DNA from: an uncultured Planctomycetales bacterium
GTDB lineage: Bacteria > Omnitrophota > Gorgyraeia > Zapsychrales > Zapsychraceae
Assembly: GCA_964364455.1 (NCBI GenBank)
Contig: CAYIMR010000001.1
Span: 2,403 to 66,402 of the forward strand
Reading direction: 5' to 3'
DNA length: 64,000 nt
The notes under the pieces were generated by a model. It had not been told where the DNA came from and did no database searches. It saw only the letters and a list, made by a program, of their open reading frames with translations. Positions within the stretch are counted from its first letter, which is position 1. Every line of letters begins with the position of its first letter. Below, piece after piece: positions 32,501 to 47,500 of this stretch. Both the position numbers and the translations under genes were made by a program.

Positions 32501-35500
32501 ATTCAAGGCTAATTTTCTTCTCGCATTTCCTTTAGACAAAGGCCCGTAGAACCGCTTCAATTGCTGATAGCGTGCGTTATAGAAACTGTATTCCGCCACG
32601 CTGCGGAAACCGGCAACTTCTTCTTTGATTCCCTCAAACGTCCGGTACAAAGTATTAAGATGCATATTCGCCCAATGGATCATTTGTTCCTTAACATGCT
32701 CCGCTCTTTCTTTTGAATCTAATTTTTTCTTAAGAGTTTCTATAAGCGCTGCCCCTTCAAAGGGAGTCTCGAATCTGGCGTGTCGCACGATATCCCTTAT
32801 TTCTTTTTGTGTTTCCGAAGAGATGGCCGGGCCCACCACTCTCTCGATGTCAAAAGTATCCGCGAATTTATGCCACCCATCATAAAAGAGATTAACCACA
32901 AGATTGTTCATCTCAGTTGGATATGCCTTTAAAATCCTGTCCCATTCTTTCTCCAGTTCTAATGAATTATTCAAGCCCTTTAATTTTGCTTTTAAGTCTT
33001 TGATGTCTTGCCCCTCTTCTCCACCCTTTTGCTTTAATTCATCCTCAGCCTTTTTAAGATCATCTATGGCTTGCTTAATCTCAGATGCAATCTTTTTTGC
33101 CTTACGCTCATCTTTATATTTAAAAGCTGTCCAACCGGTCATTTCTTCGTAAGACCAATCATGCCTCTCCTGATACCCAGCATGATAAAGTGTCGTAACT
33201 GGCCTTTCGGTCCATTCCCTGAAAAGCTCTGGCGTGTCTAAGTTGTAGAAGGATCCCAAAATACGTCGTATGCTGTCATGGAACTTCTCTTCATATCCTT
33301 TCGGCTTAACGTATTCGAATTTCAATAAGTTCTGCATGGCGATAGTATCGATAGTATTGTTACCCACTTTCGCCATAGACTTAATACGGTAATTCCATGA
33401 TTCCAGGGCACGTTCCCGTATCATCTCCGCATTTAGGCCATGTTCCGCAACCTTGTAGTGGAGCACATGAATGTTGTTGTAGAGCTCAAAAATACGGGTC
33501 AACCGCCACGTCCAATAACTTAATAAGACGATAAGGACAATCGGGCCGATAAGCGGTAGCATAACGGAATAGAGTGTAGCCATAAAGAACAGGCCGTTTA
33601 TTCCGATCTGGGTAAGGAGAGCAAGCTGAGGAGCGACAGAAAGAACATACCAAGCAGCGGTAGCTAGGGTCGTAACGCCGGAGACTATCGCGAGCCATCT
33701 GTAGAGATGCCGGTTAAACCATGCTTTGACCTTTGGATCATTTAATGACTTAGTGTCAGTTTCTTTGTTTAACTCAGCTTTGATGGCTTCCAGGGCATGT
33801 TTGATCTCGAAGTTGTGCCTGATGTAAAATCTCCGTTTTTTCTCAATCTCGCGTTTGTTAACGACAACCTGACCTAAATACATACCACCACGGAGCAAGA
33901 AGATAAAAGATAATCCTAATACAAAATGTGCAGGCAAGGCAACAAAGGTAAAGAATAATGTCAAATCAAAATAACCAGCGGTCAAACCAGCCACCTGCGA
34001 TAACACCGGCATGCTAAAGACCCACGATAACAATGGCACAATAATGTTGATCAAGGCTGGCCAGGACAGTGACGCCCTAGTTGTCCTTGCTGCCAATTGA
34101 TAAACGAATATGGCCGAAATGGCCGCCACTCCTGTGAACCATAGCGGCCATCCCAATGCCGCGTTCAAGCCGTAAAATATGATCCCGGCTAGTCCGACAG
34201 CAAGGATTTCTCTGGGCCATGGTACAATGCGGCCGTATTTGTAGTAATGTTTGACGCCAAAATCATCTTTTTTGACAACATCATCAGACCATGCCTTCTT
34301 CTCCTTCTCTGAAGCCGTATACTCCTTCTTAAACGTATTCAATAACTGATCCAACATGCCGTCAAAATAGCCGACCGGCTGTATCTTCCCTTTAGACTTC
34401 CTGAAGTCATAATCCACTTCATCGCCATTCTTTTCGGCTTGCCGTCTTTCGGCCAAAAGTTTCATCTTGGCAATCAACAAGAATAAAGTAATGGCAAACG
34501 GAGGCACCACCGATAAGTAAGAAAGCCCGAGCGGAAGAACGCCGGCAAGTAAGCTTACATACCCCAGGGCAAGGCCTGATCCGATGAAGCCGGTGAGCAA
34601 GACAGCGAAACTGAAGAAGTTTGCCATCAATTTGATAGTCCTTGTGACATTGATATATTTTGTCGGACGCGTGAAGAACGGATACTTGCCCTTCTTCATG
34701 CTCTTGATAAGATAGGGCATAAACTTATTGTCAATGATATTGCGCATAATCAATTTATGCAGGTCGGAGTTGCCCTTTATATTGTATTCATTATGGTGGT
34801 TAGCCCCTTTGGAGACCTGGAGGAAGGCCCGGATAAACGCGTGGCCCGGGAAGGCATGCAGAGCATTTTGACGTCTTGCCTCTTCGTATTGTTCTTTGAT
34901 GTTTTGATCAAGGCCTTCAAATCCATTGGTAATATCGGCTAAATCCTTCCACGTCAGCCCATAAGCGGCGAAAGGTTCATCATAGTCTTTGTGCTGCAAT
35001 AACCGTGTCATGAAGAATTCTTCCAGGTAAATCCTCCATATCCAGTTATCCGCAAGTCCTTTCCGTATTTCAACGGAAATGTTGTCGTATTCGTAATTCA
35101 ACGCATAGAGGACATTGGAGGTCCTGTTAACAACTTCCGGAACGATTTGCTCATATTGTCCCTTCCCTATTTTGTCTTCCGCCAACTTCAACAAGTGCCT
35201 CGTCCAGGCCACCTGTCCCTGCATATTCCCTGTCAGGTAAAGGAACATTTCCCGCAAGAAGAATTCCTCGTAGGAAATTTCAAACCAGCCCTCATAAGCC
35301 TTAGCACCCCTCGCCTCTAAGGCATCAATTTCTTCCTGGATGCGCTGCTTTTTCAGTTCATTCGTTTCCTTTGCTAATCTCTCTTTCAAAGTGGCCAATA
35401 CGGCGGATTCATAACTGCTATCCGAGCGCGCCCGTTCGACTTTCACCCAGAACAGGTCGTCAAAGGGTGAATTCTTAACGTTTCTGTCATCGTGATATCC

Positions 35501-38500
35501 GTAAACTCTCTCACTTGCCTTGGCCTCATCCGCAAAACGGGCAATAAGCTTAGACATGATTCTGTCAGAAATTAAATGCTGCAGGACATCAACACCTTTA
35601 TTCCCTTTGTAGTTAACAAAATTCATATCTTTAACTTTAATTTCCACAGCACCCGTTAACCGGTCCAAAAGCAGCTTTTGCGTAATAAGCCCTTTGAGCT
35701 TTTCTTCTTCGGTTTTTATTTGTGCACCCAAATCCTTGGATCGATCCGATTCCTTGGCCTCTTTACTGAATTCCTCTTTCAGCTCACGCAGCCTTGCACC
35801 AGATTCCTCGACTTGATGGACAATCTGTTTCCAGCGTGCCATCTGTTTATCGCTGCTTGTCCCCTTAAACCTCCAAACATCAATCTCTCTACCATCTAGT
35901 AAGACCTGCGTTGCCTTGTGTGCATCATCCAAACCATATTTCTGCGCCAATTCTTTAAAGATCGGTTCAAAAATGACTTTTGCCACATCTTGATAAATCA
36001 AACGCCCAACGGCATCCAGGTTCATGCTCTTAGGAAGTTCCCCATTGTTCGAACCTTTAACAGTGTTGATAACCTGCCTGAACTGCTCCCTCACCCATTC
36101 GGCATTCTGGTACTTCACCCCGATATTCAAAATATTTACTAGTCCGCTGGCGACATTGGCAATGTAGGAGGGATAACGCTGTTCAATGATCGCCTCAATT
36201 TGCCTGATTGCCTGAACGGCGTCCCCGGTCCGCAAGGCATTTTCAATCTCGGCAAAGAATTCATCGACACTGATTTGCTCCACCGCACCCGCCTGTGAAG
36301 TTTCGGTCTTCTTCTTTAGGGAAGGCGTGAATAACCTCTTTATCAGCTTGCCCATTTTCCAAACGAAAATCAGCACTATCCCTATGCCAAGGGCGATAAA
36401 GGAGGCCCCGACAGGCGAAATTCCATCCTCCGCTGTCATCAGCTTGTATTTCTCAACGAGATGATCCCTGTCTTCTCTCACATCGTTAAATCTCGTCCCC
36501 TCTCCCTCGCCAAAAGGACGATAATCATTATCGACATATCCCGCATTTTTAGGCGCTGATCCCCCGGTATCTCCATTGATCCCCGTGCCGTTATCAAATC
36601 CGTAGAAAGCGCGCACTTTCCAAACCACAAAATCCCAAGCGGAAGAAGCGATCTCTTTGATGTGGCGCACATATTGCGCCGCAAAGTTATTGACCCAGAA
36701 CCGGTCATAAGCTTCAGGACTTAACCTAGAAACAACTTCATCCGTTTCTTTGTTATAGCCCGGAACGGCTTGGGTATCTTTTGTCTCGGAACGATATTTG
36801 TTCCAATAGATCTTCATCAGCTTGCCATTAAAGTAAGTACGGTAAGGGATCCCGGTAAAGTCAAATATCCAATCGGAATTTTCTTCTTTGAATCTGCGGT
36901 AATCTGCCAGGAACTGGAAGGTCTGAGGCGTGGCATCCAGCTCATAAACATCCACGACGCCCTGGACATAGGTGCCATCCGGATTACGTCTTGGGACAGC
37001 AATAGAAATCTTGCTGGGTTTCTCTACGGGCAATTTAACGCCAAGCTCATTCTCTAAGATCATAATTTCGCTTGGTTTGTTGAAGCCATGATCGTATAAA
37101 CGCTGTTTTTGCGGCTCAAATCCGAACCCTCTGTATTCATTGTATAAAAGACGGCCGTCAAATCGCGTGGCCATTGTTGTCAAGGCGCGCTCCCCTTGAC
37201 GAGGCCGTTTGTCGATAACCTTATACTTTATAACAGCTTGGTCATGCGGGCCGTTTTCAATGTTTACATCATAAGAACGGGCAACCCAATCGCCATTGAA
37301 TATCCTTATCTCTTCACCTTTTTCATCAACTCCAAGACGGCTGTAAGCATTGATGTCCTTGATAACCTCGCCTTTTTTGTTAAACTTGACGTTATACGTG
37401 TAGCTTCCTCCGGCGATATCACGCTGTTGCGGGAAGCCGGCCCCGAGAACCGCATCTGCTGGGCCATTATTGAAATCCATGAAGGTGACGGTCCGTGCAA
37501 TGCCCGTGGCGAACTGTGTTTCCTTATCTAAACTATTATGATCTTTTATTCTGGCATATAATCTTCCTGAACCGAGCTCAATCTCCTCCCAAGCATCCAA
37601 GGTAAAGTCAAATTTTATAATACCATTTGTTTTCTGAATAAAATCTTCCAGCAGAATGTGCCATGAATCCTCATCTGTCTTGTTCAAGGCATTCGCTAAC
37701 TCTTTAGAAATATTACCCCGCTTGACAAAGAAGTATAACCGCCGGTCCTCCAAATTCGTATTAGTAGAGAAGGTATAAACTTTATCTTCTCTATCAAACG
37801 CGAATGTCTTGGTTGCTATGTCAAATGATCCGTATTTTAATTTCCCACGTTCGACGCCTATTTCATAAAAACTATAAATGCTCAATTGAATAATAAACTT
37901 ATTCCCTTCAAGATATCCAAAATGCTTTTCACCTACATTACCTTTGCCATCACGGACTTCTTGATAATTAACTCCACTAATAAATTTACCCTCTTTGTCG
38001 TTAAACAAATGTTCCCCTTGGTATCTGATTCTTTTGTTAACGTCAAACAGCTTAGTAATATCCACATTATTGATATCTGTTATGATGCTGCCATCGGCAT
38101 ACGTCAGCCAACTGCGGTCGATCAAAAGGCCTTTAACCCATTTCGTATTCGTCTTTTCGTCAACATACAGGAGATCATCCTTTTTCACTTCTTCAGAGGC
38201 CGATACAATACGGACCAAATAGGTCTCCGAATGGCTGGCCATGTCGATGGCGCCCGGGACGCCCTCGTAAAACGATTTGGTCACTTCGTTGGGGAAGAGG
38301 TTGCCTTGGGCATCCACGCGGCCTTTATAGCTTTCGATAATCCGGCCGCGGCCGTCTTTGACGATGTGCCGGACGATGCCGAGGAAGTCTCTTTCCATCC
38401 GGATACGCAGGGTGCCGTCTTTGATGCCCTGGGTCTCCGACTCGGAATAAAGCGTGTCTTCCCTCGCCCCCCGTTCATTCAGAACGTAGGTTTCTTCCGT

Positions 38501-41500
38501 CGCCGGGACCTCGTAGCGGCTGAAGCCAAAGTTATCGTAACGCGGCTCGGACTCCCTCCGGCGCAGGAATCCTACCTCATATTCCCTCCCCCTGATCTCC
38601 ACCCCGCGGCCGCTCTTATGCAGATCCCCGATCCTCTCGTTCTCCTTCACCGGCACAAGACCGGACGCGCCGGCGGCATCGCCCGTCCGCGTGGATTGAT
38701 AGACCTTTTCCCCGCGCAGGAAGACGCGGATCCCTTCATACTTCTTCACCGGCCTGTCGTCGGCATCCTTCAATCCCTGCCAGACGGGTCCGTTGAGATA
38801 ATCCACGGCCTCATCCGTCACCGCGCCTGTGTCAGGATCGACTTTGAGAACCTCCGTGGCCTTCCAGAGGATGCCCCTGGATCCGGGTTTCTTCGCGTCG
38901 TAGAGATACGTCGAGGCCTCCCAGAGGGGCTTATGATCCAGGCCAAGGACAGGGCTGCGGTAATATTCCGTGACATGGGTGCGCTCGAATCCGCCCGCGG
39001 CATTGACCAATCCGTCGTATTTAAACTCCTTGTTGCCGCCGGCGTCCAGGACCTCCTGCCAGACAAGATTCCTTAAAACACCGTCTGCGCCCAGCACTTT
39101 AAATTTATGGCTGGTGATCTCGGCCGTGACGCTCCCCGTCAGCGGATCATGGCCGAGCGTCCTGCCGGAGGCGATGTGCTCGTCCTTGAGGAGGTCTCCC
39201 GTCTTTGCGTCGCGCCTCATCACCCAGGCCTCGCCATTGTCCGGCTTGCCGTAGCGGGCATTGAACGACCCCTTTTCATTGCCGTAAAAATAATATATCC
39301 TCGTATTTTTGATATCGAAGGTGCCGGCGTCGTTGGCCTGTTCCCACATCTTCTTGGATACGTCCTCTTTCAGATAGGCCTCGCTCCTGGACTTGTAGAC
39401 GCGGCCCTGAGGATTCAGATAATCCTTGCGCACAACGACCGCGGGTTTCCCTGCGACGGCGTCATCCCTTTGCGTCAGCGACCTTGCGATGAGGGCGTCC
39501 GTATCGGGCGACGCATCCTCCTTCATGGGATAAATTCTCGACACGCCCTCGCCCATCACCTGCTCCCAGTCGGAATAAACCATCTCCGTCCCGAGATAAA
39601 TCCTGGCCAGCTTACGGTTCCCCATGCCAAAACGCATGACCTGTTTAGCCTCGGCGCGGATCGAATCCAGATCCAGGGCCATCTCCCTTCCGGTGACGTA
39701 ATAAGAGACGTCGTCTTTTCTCACGACAAGGAAGTTATCTTTCTGGATGCCGCCGAACAATGCCCTGCCCTTGCGGCCGAGTTCCAGGATGCCCTTGACC
39801 TCTGGTCCCACCCCAAGCGCCTTATCTTCAATCGCCTCGGAAAGCCTGCGCGGAATGTCCAGGGAATGCTCAAGCTCGCGGATCTCCACTTTGAGCTTAT
39901 CCATTTGCTTTAACGCCTCTCTCCTTTGCCGCGCGGACCAGCCCTCGGCGAGGTCCTGCTTCGCAGACGGCACTGCCCCGGATTCAGAAACCTTGGACGG
40001 CTCCGTCTGCCGCTTCGCAGGCTCAGGCGCCTCCTTCCCTGTCCACAATTTCCGCAGGGCATAAAAGGCCTCTTTGGGATTGCGGTTGATGTCCACAACG
40101 CCCCACCACTCCTCGTTGACCTCCATGTCCTCGGGGATGGAGAACGCCCGCCCGCTTGTCTCATGGCGATCCGGCCGTCCAGCCTTCCACCACTCGTCGC
40201 TGAACGTCATAAATGTCGCGCCCAGGAAGCTCTTTCCATCCGCATGTGCGACGATCTTCTTCCACGTCCTCTCGACAACGGAGGCCTGCATGGGCTGGCT
40301 CTCGCGGCCCGCCCTGCCGTCAAAGGAATCCGTCCCGGTCTCGGAGATATACCACTGCAGGCTCTCCGGAATATCCTTATCCGCCAGGATCCCCTTCCAT
40401 TCCTCAAAGGCCTTCTCGATATGATCATTCTCGTAGAAATTGACGCCCCAGACGTCGATAAGGGAAACGCCGTCCTTGACGAACCTCTTGACGACCTCTC
40501 TGGACGGCATGCCGCCGTGGGCCGTGGTCACCTTACGGGACGGATCAATCTCCTTAGTCCGCCGGGCGGCCTCTTTCAGGGCCGCGTACCAATTGTCAAC
40601 GTCGTTATCAAACTCCCTCTCAAGGTCGTTATAGTCATTGCCGAAGGACCACATGAGGATCGCGGGATGATCTTTGTGCTTCTTAATATAGTCTATGTAC
40701 CCGCCGCCGAGCATGTCCGGACCGCGGTTGCGCGTATTGTCAAAATACGGGAAGCCCACAATCACCTTGATGCCGTTCTCCGCCAGCTTGTCCAGAAACG
40801 CCTTTGACGTAATCGGATAATAGGTCCTGATGACCCTGACCCCCATTTCCTTCATAAGGTCGATGTCCCGCAGATGGCTGCCCCAGACGGTATGGCTTCT
40901 GAGATCCACGCCCTTTTCCGTCGGAGAATAGGTCAGCCCCCGTATCCGGAGGATCTTGTCCGGCTCCGCGGCGGACAAGGCCTGCGTCTGCCCGCGGGCG
41001 CCTTCGGTCTTTTGCGGCTGTTCAGGCTTATCACCGGCAGGCGCCAGCGCAGCCAGTTCCTGCGCGGCCGGCACGGCAGGCATATCCTTTATCTTCCTCT
41101 CGACTTCCTGCAATTCACCCCAGAGCTGCTTAATCCTCTCCAGCTTCTCTCTCATGGCTTCTCTGTCTTTCTGCGACAGATCATTGCCCTCCAGCCGCTT
41201 CTCAATGGCCTTGATGACCTCTTCCCTGTATCGCGGCATATCCACCGCCACCTGGCTCTTGAGCGGCAGATACCCTTCCAGCCAGGAGGCGTTGGGCTGG
41301 GGCTCATAAATAACAGTATGGCTTTCAACGGCATCCTCATACTTGCCGGACTGATTGAGATCCCTGTAATACGGATAACCCCTGCCCGGGACTTCCTTAT
41401 GGACGTCCGCCAGCTCAAAGCGCTTATCGTAACGGCGCGACGACTCCGTCAGGATTTCTTCCGTCGCCGGGACAGCCGGGGCGTCCTCTTTACGCAGGAC

Positions 41501-44500
41501 GCCGTAACCCTGGGCGAATTCCAGTTCCTGCTTCATGGTCATGAGATTCGGTTCAATGATAAGGGGATACTTGCTGTCGACGGGAACGCTGAGCCTGCCG
41601 AAATCCTCGGGCAGAATCACCATGAATGCGCCTTTCACCGAGGCGCCGGCCTTGTCGAGATAACGGACGGCCTCTCTGACGTGCCCGCTCTCATCCGTGT
41701 AAGAGAACCTGATATAATACCCGCGGCTGTTTTTGTCTATGCCGTACTGCATCAATTTCTCGATGGATATTCGATTGGCCGGCCTGCCGAGGGCATAATC
41801 CTCGGGGGAGAGCTCAACGGACATCCTGCCGTCAAAGAAACGGCCTATGCCGCCGCCCGCAGGGCCGTCTCTAAGAATCTTTATGCCGCCCTGTATCATA
41901 TCAAGCGACGGCATGACGATCCTGCCCTGCGGATCAACCAGCGTCCTGCCCTCGTAAGCATCCTCAGGCACGCCGACCTCAAAACGGGTATACTGCCATT
42001 CGGGCTTTGTCTGGTCGGGAAGGATGCTCTTGTCCTGCTCGGTCAACGGCGCCCTGACAAACGGAATCTCCTTCTTGTTCTCCTTGCTGTCTTTCTTCCA
42101 GAAGGAGATAAAGTCCTTGAAGCCCTTAAAGCTCAGGAGATTATACTTCGCGTAAGCAGAGGGAGTGCCTGACGTCGCGAGATCCGCCCCAACGCTGGTG
42201 CTCTCGGAGACGTCGTACTTTGTGGAAAGCGTGCCCTTATAATTGTCATTTGAGTCTTTGCTGACGCCGATCTTCACGTCTTTGTTGATATTCAGGCCGA
42301 CCCCGTAGGTCTCGGCTCCCTTAACGTTGCTGTAGGAGACATTCAGATTCTTGTAGCGGCCCGTCAGGCTGAAGCGGTTCGATCCGATGGCCTGCTCGGC
42401 CGTGAAATACACAGGCCCGAGATTGACATCCGCGCCGACGGAGGCGTAATATTCCTCGCGCTCCGGCCAGAGGTCGAGGTAGCCTTTCTCGTGCTCCCTG
42501 TTGAGGGAGAAATTCAGCGTGACGTTCTTGTTGAGCTCGTGCTTGAGGGTCAGCTTCTGGAAGTTATAGGCGTCCTTGCTCTTGAATTCGACGTTGCTCT
42601 GATCCGCGACCGTCTTTCCTGTGGCGGTGTCGGTAATAGTGATATTGTCAATGGTCGTCCTCTGGGCATCGGCATAACCTATCTTCAGGACAAGCCGGTT
42701 CTTTTCGCTCGCCTGATAATCCACAACGCCTTCAACGGCCCGCGTCTGCGAATTATCGCCGGCGGCGTTCACCTTGATGAATCCGGCAATCCCCAGATAG
42801 ACGTTGTTGCCCTGAACGCCGATGCTGTCCAGGATAAGGATGGCGTGCTCTGTCTTGGTGACGCCGCCCCCCGTGGCATACTCTTCGTATCTCTCCGACT
42901 TATTGTGCCCCACGGCAATCCTGTGAATAATGCCGTCGTTGTCCACGCCCGTTGTGGTGATATTCGCCAGGAAATAACTGTTGTCCGGGCTGCCGGTGTA
43001 GGAGGCCTTTGACGTCCCGACGTAGAGATCGACCCCAGGCAGGAGGTTCTGCGTGGCGAACTGCTGGAAGGTTGGAACCAGGCCCTTTCCGTCTTCCTTG
43101 ATATCCGTGAGGCTTATCTCAGAAGCCTCTGTGACAGACCTTCCGTTGAGTGCGGCCATGCGGCCGTAAGGCCTGACGTAGACGTAATACTCGTCTCCGA
43201 TTTGGACAACCGCCGGCGGGGCCCGGGTCATCCGCGCCACGTAACTTCTCAAGGCATTGAACCTGTCCGCCGTAAATTCTTGTATCCCGGCCTTCTCAAG
43301 GTTGATCTTCATCAGATGATCCGTCAAGAGAAGCACCCTGCGGTTATAATCACTGGATGCCCCGGCGAGCTCAGCAAGGGCCTTTTTGGCCTTTGTCTTG
43401 GCGTCGTCAAGGGCCTTTCCTGCCTCTTTAATGACCTTGTTTTCACGCAGGCGCGTCTGATTGGTTTCATTCGATGTCCCAAGCGATTTCAGGACATCCT
43501 CGAGCGGATTCTTGCCTGCCCCGGTGAGCGCGTCTATGGTATCAACCGCTTTCAGGAGATTCTTTTCCTCAATATCCATAATGTTCTTGACGCTCTCACC
43601 GACCCCGTCGGCGAAATATTTGCCTGTGGCGACAAGCTGATTGACCGCGTCAACAATCCTGATGCGCTCCTGAACAATCTTGAGATCTTCCCTGGCCAGC
43701 TTGAGCTTGCGTTCGATGACCTGCGCGGGCGTCTCGGAGGCGCCCTTGGACTCGACATATTTATCGTCCAGATCGGCCTGACGATGAACGCCCCAGGCAG
43801 GATTGTCGTGGTATTCTTTCTCCTGGTCAAGCGTCGGGAGCCACTGCGTGATAAGATTCCTGGTTCCCTCGGAAAACATCTTTTTATTCTCGGCCGCGAT
43901 CTTAAGATATTTCCTGTTTTCTTCTATGCGGCTCAACCGGCCCATCACCTTGGTGGTCCTCGGCTCCTTGTCATCTTCATGCCAGTAGCTCCGGACAGCC
44001 TGCCTGTCCTTGAAAATGGGCACCTTATTCTCGTAATCGGGGACGTCGACCGTCAAAGACGCCTTCAACATCTTGATCGTTCTGTCTAAGTAGGGGATTT
44101 CATTGATAAGAACATTCTTGCGCTCATTGAGAATCTCCTGCGGCGTCTGGAAGAACGTGCCTTTATCCTTGGCGTCCCATGCCAGCTTCTGATTCTTCAG
44201 CATGGGCAATCGCGTGTTCTCCAGGGCAAGCCTTTGCTCGCTCAGCGCAAGAAGCTCCTGGACAAAGGACAGCCACTTGGCATTGCCATTGGCCTTCTTG
44301 ATCTCGCCCTGCAAGTACGGGATGGTCTCGGTTCTCAGTTGATTGATGAGTTTGTTGGTATCGGACAGCCATTTCTCGACGTCCGCGCGGGGCAGGAGGA
44401 TAGTAGCATAATCTTTCTCTCGAAGCATCCTGTCGATCTCATCTCTCCCCTTCTCATCCTCCGCCTTCTTTTCCTGCGTATTGCTGATCGCCACGGCAAT

Positions 44501-47500
44501 GGCCCTCTCAACGGGCCGGAGCATATCGCCGTTGGCGTCCTTGGCCCCAAGCTGATAGCCCTCCGCGGCCGTCTTGGTGCCGGGATTGCGCAACATCCCC
44601 TCCATGTCCGCGATGTTCTTGGCAATCTCGGAACGTTTATCCTGCAGTCTGCTTGAATCCGGACCGAATATCGAGGCCGTGGCGCGATCCGCGTAGGCCT
44701 TGATCTCTTCTTTCAGCGCCGCCACAATGCCGCCGTTCTTGGCCTTTTCCCTAAGCTCGCTCATAAATTTCTCGCCGTTGGTGTCCGTGGGATCTTTGTC
44801 GAGCGCAATGGTCCTGAGACCCTTCAGGAGGTAGTTGCCGTTCATCAGCTTCACGTCCATCTTGCTCACGCCGGCCTCTATCAAATTCCCTATGGCCTTA
44901 GTCTCTTTCAGGAAGGCCTCTTTGTCGTTGCTTTTCCTGGCATCCTCCGCCTTCTTGAGGCCTTCGTACAACTCACGGGCCAGTTTCTCCTCCTTTTTAT
45001 AATCGGCTTCTTTTTGGCTCATGTTGAGATTCTCCTTCTGAACGTCGGAAAGCATCTTCTCATATGCCTTGTCCGTCTTTAATCCCGCGCCTTTCAGGAA
45101 TCCTGTGAGATCGTCGACCGAGGCCTTCATGCCGTACCTGGCCTCCGGCGAAAGCCTGTCGGCAGGCTGTTTGTCTTTTTGAACCTCATATTCAACCTCT
45201 TCCACAGGAGGCATATATCCGTCCGGCAGCCGCCTGGAAGATCCGTTCTTTTCCTGCACAAGCGCGGCAGCGGGATCGTTTTTCTGCTTGTCGGGATAAT
45301 TGGCGCCGAACCCAAGGATACGGGCCTCTCCACTGAAGCTGTCTATGTCAGGGCCTTCCACGATGATGTTGGCCGGCTGCCTGCTGCCCTGAGGCGCCGC
45401 AATAATTTTATGGGCCACAAGCGTCCCGTCGGGTTTACGCCACATGAACTTCACGTCCTTGCCTTCCTCCTGCGGCCATGTCACGTAATCGGCAACATCT
45501 TTTTCGGTAAAGAGATACCGCGAGCCTGTTCCCAAATCAGCGGCAATCGGAATCCTTTGCAACCTCTTCTCAAAGATGGCCACCTCACCCTCAACGGCCT
45601 TGGCGTCCGTATCCTTGTCCTTGCCGCTGTTCCTGATGCCCCAGACATAGGGGAGGTCCTTTGCCTTAACGTCACCCGCATCGACAACCCTGCCTTCGAT
45701 GCCGGCAATGCCCGTGACCATAACCGTGCCCTCCGGCAGCGGCGTTTCGTTGATTATCGTATCAGCCGCGCTCTTGATAATGCCTGCTTCAAACCGCGAG
45801 AACCTCTTAAAGTCGTCGCCATTTAACTCGCGCACCGGTGCCGGCCCGTTAAAATTCGCTGCCGTCTTATTAATCTCCCTGGGATTATTCATGTCAGGAA
45901 TATCGGCCCTGACCACCAGGACTGTCCGGTCTTTAATCTCCGCGGCCCAATCCTCTATCTTGACCGGCCCCTTCGACGTCCCGGCCTTTATCTTGACGAT
46001 CATGACAGGCTCGGTCATCGTCTCTGACTGGTCGACGACAACCATGTCAATCCCTGTCCTCTGCTCTTCTGGAATTGCCGCCAGGATCTTCTGCGTCTGC
46101 CACGAGCTCAAATGAAGCTCATCGGCGTTAAACATCACGGTCTGAGCGGCCTTGCCTTCCCCGTCCTTAATGTCGACGGACTCTATCCTGTTGGGCACCG
46201 GCACAAGGACTGTCTTCTTCTCTCTGATGCCGTCTTTGTTCTTCAGCCATTTCAACCGGAAGGCCTCCTTTTCAACGTCTTCCGGCCTGCCGGTATAGGG
46301 CATGGTGCGCAGATATTCGCCGCGGCTGTTGAGCACAATAAGATGCCCCGTGACGTCCGAAGGATTGACGCTTGACCGCAGGTCTTCAGGGACAAGCGGA
46401 TTCTCAAACCAGTAATGAAGTCTGGCCCCCTCGCGGCTGACGATGACAATCGGATGAACATAGCGGGCATCTCCGTCTTTCAATTCGCCTGAAATAACGC
46501 CGGGATTAACGGGGACCTTCACCTTGTTCCTTCCAAAATAAACCGTCATGCCGTCGCGCTCATATCCCCTTGAGGGGATAGTCAGCGGCATGCCCTCCCA
46601 GTCATAATGCCTGATAAATTTAAACGCTGCCGGATCCCATGTCGCGCCCAATATGATGCCGTTCTGATCTTTTCCGGAGCGGATTTCATGCAGCTCCCTC
46701 AGCCGCGGGACATCCGCCTTGGAAGGCATGATGTACTCCTGGCCTTCCGTCATCATCTGGCCGACGTCTTCAAGGTATTCCTTGGCCGCCGGCTCGGTCT
46801 CGCCCTCAAGTGTATAAAAATGGGGAACGGCGAACCGGACGCGTTTCTCCCAGATGCCGTCCTGGCCGCGGACATATTGATAGCCAAAGAGGAACCATTC
46901 GGGATGCTCTGTGTTTTTGCCATCAACCTCTATCTTGTCCCCTTCGCGGCCTCTGTATAGGGCATAAACTTTGTTCGGATCCTCATTCTCCCTTGCATCA
47001 GTCATGAAGACGACCTGCTGCGCCCCAGGAATCGGCACCGCGCCGTACTTATGCCCTCTTAACACAGAGCTGTCTTTTGGCTTACCGACAATATCGCCGA
47101 GAACCGGCAGATCGCCAAACAGGGAACTCAGCAGATCCGCAGGGAGGTCCTCCAGGATCTGGGCGGGCGTAATGACTATCTCCCTGGCCTTCTTCATGTC
47201 GGTGAAACGGTATTCGCCGGTTGTCTCATCCTTGACCATGGGCAGGGCGCTCATCTTAAGCGTCGTGGCGTCGACAAAGACCCTCGCGGCATCCAATGGC
47301 CCCTGCCATTTATCCACCCGCCAGAACGGATGTTTGCGCGTGATCACAAGGCCGCCTCTCAACGGCCACTCAAGCTGTTTGGCGCGCAGCTCATTGTAAA
47401 TCTTGGCCAGGACCTGGACGTAGGCCAGATACCCCAGGGTCATGGTGGCCGGCGAGGCCTTCGAGAGATCGTTCAAACCAATGCTCTGGACAATCAGGTC

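Noticed and set aside
37886-42172. Long plus-strand ORFs from the track (37886..39076 396 aa, 39107..39913, 39926..40807, 40874..42172 432 aa)
   Set aside because: Their Arg/Leu/Gly/Pro-rich low-complexity products are typical antisense translation. The opposite strand over the same span gives verified GH, deacetylase-like and beta-rich domain sequence.
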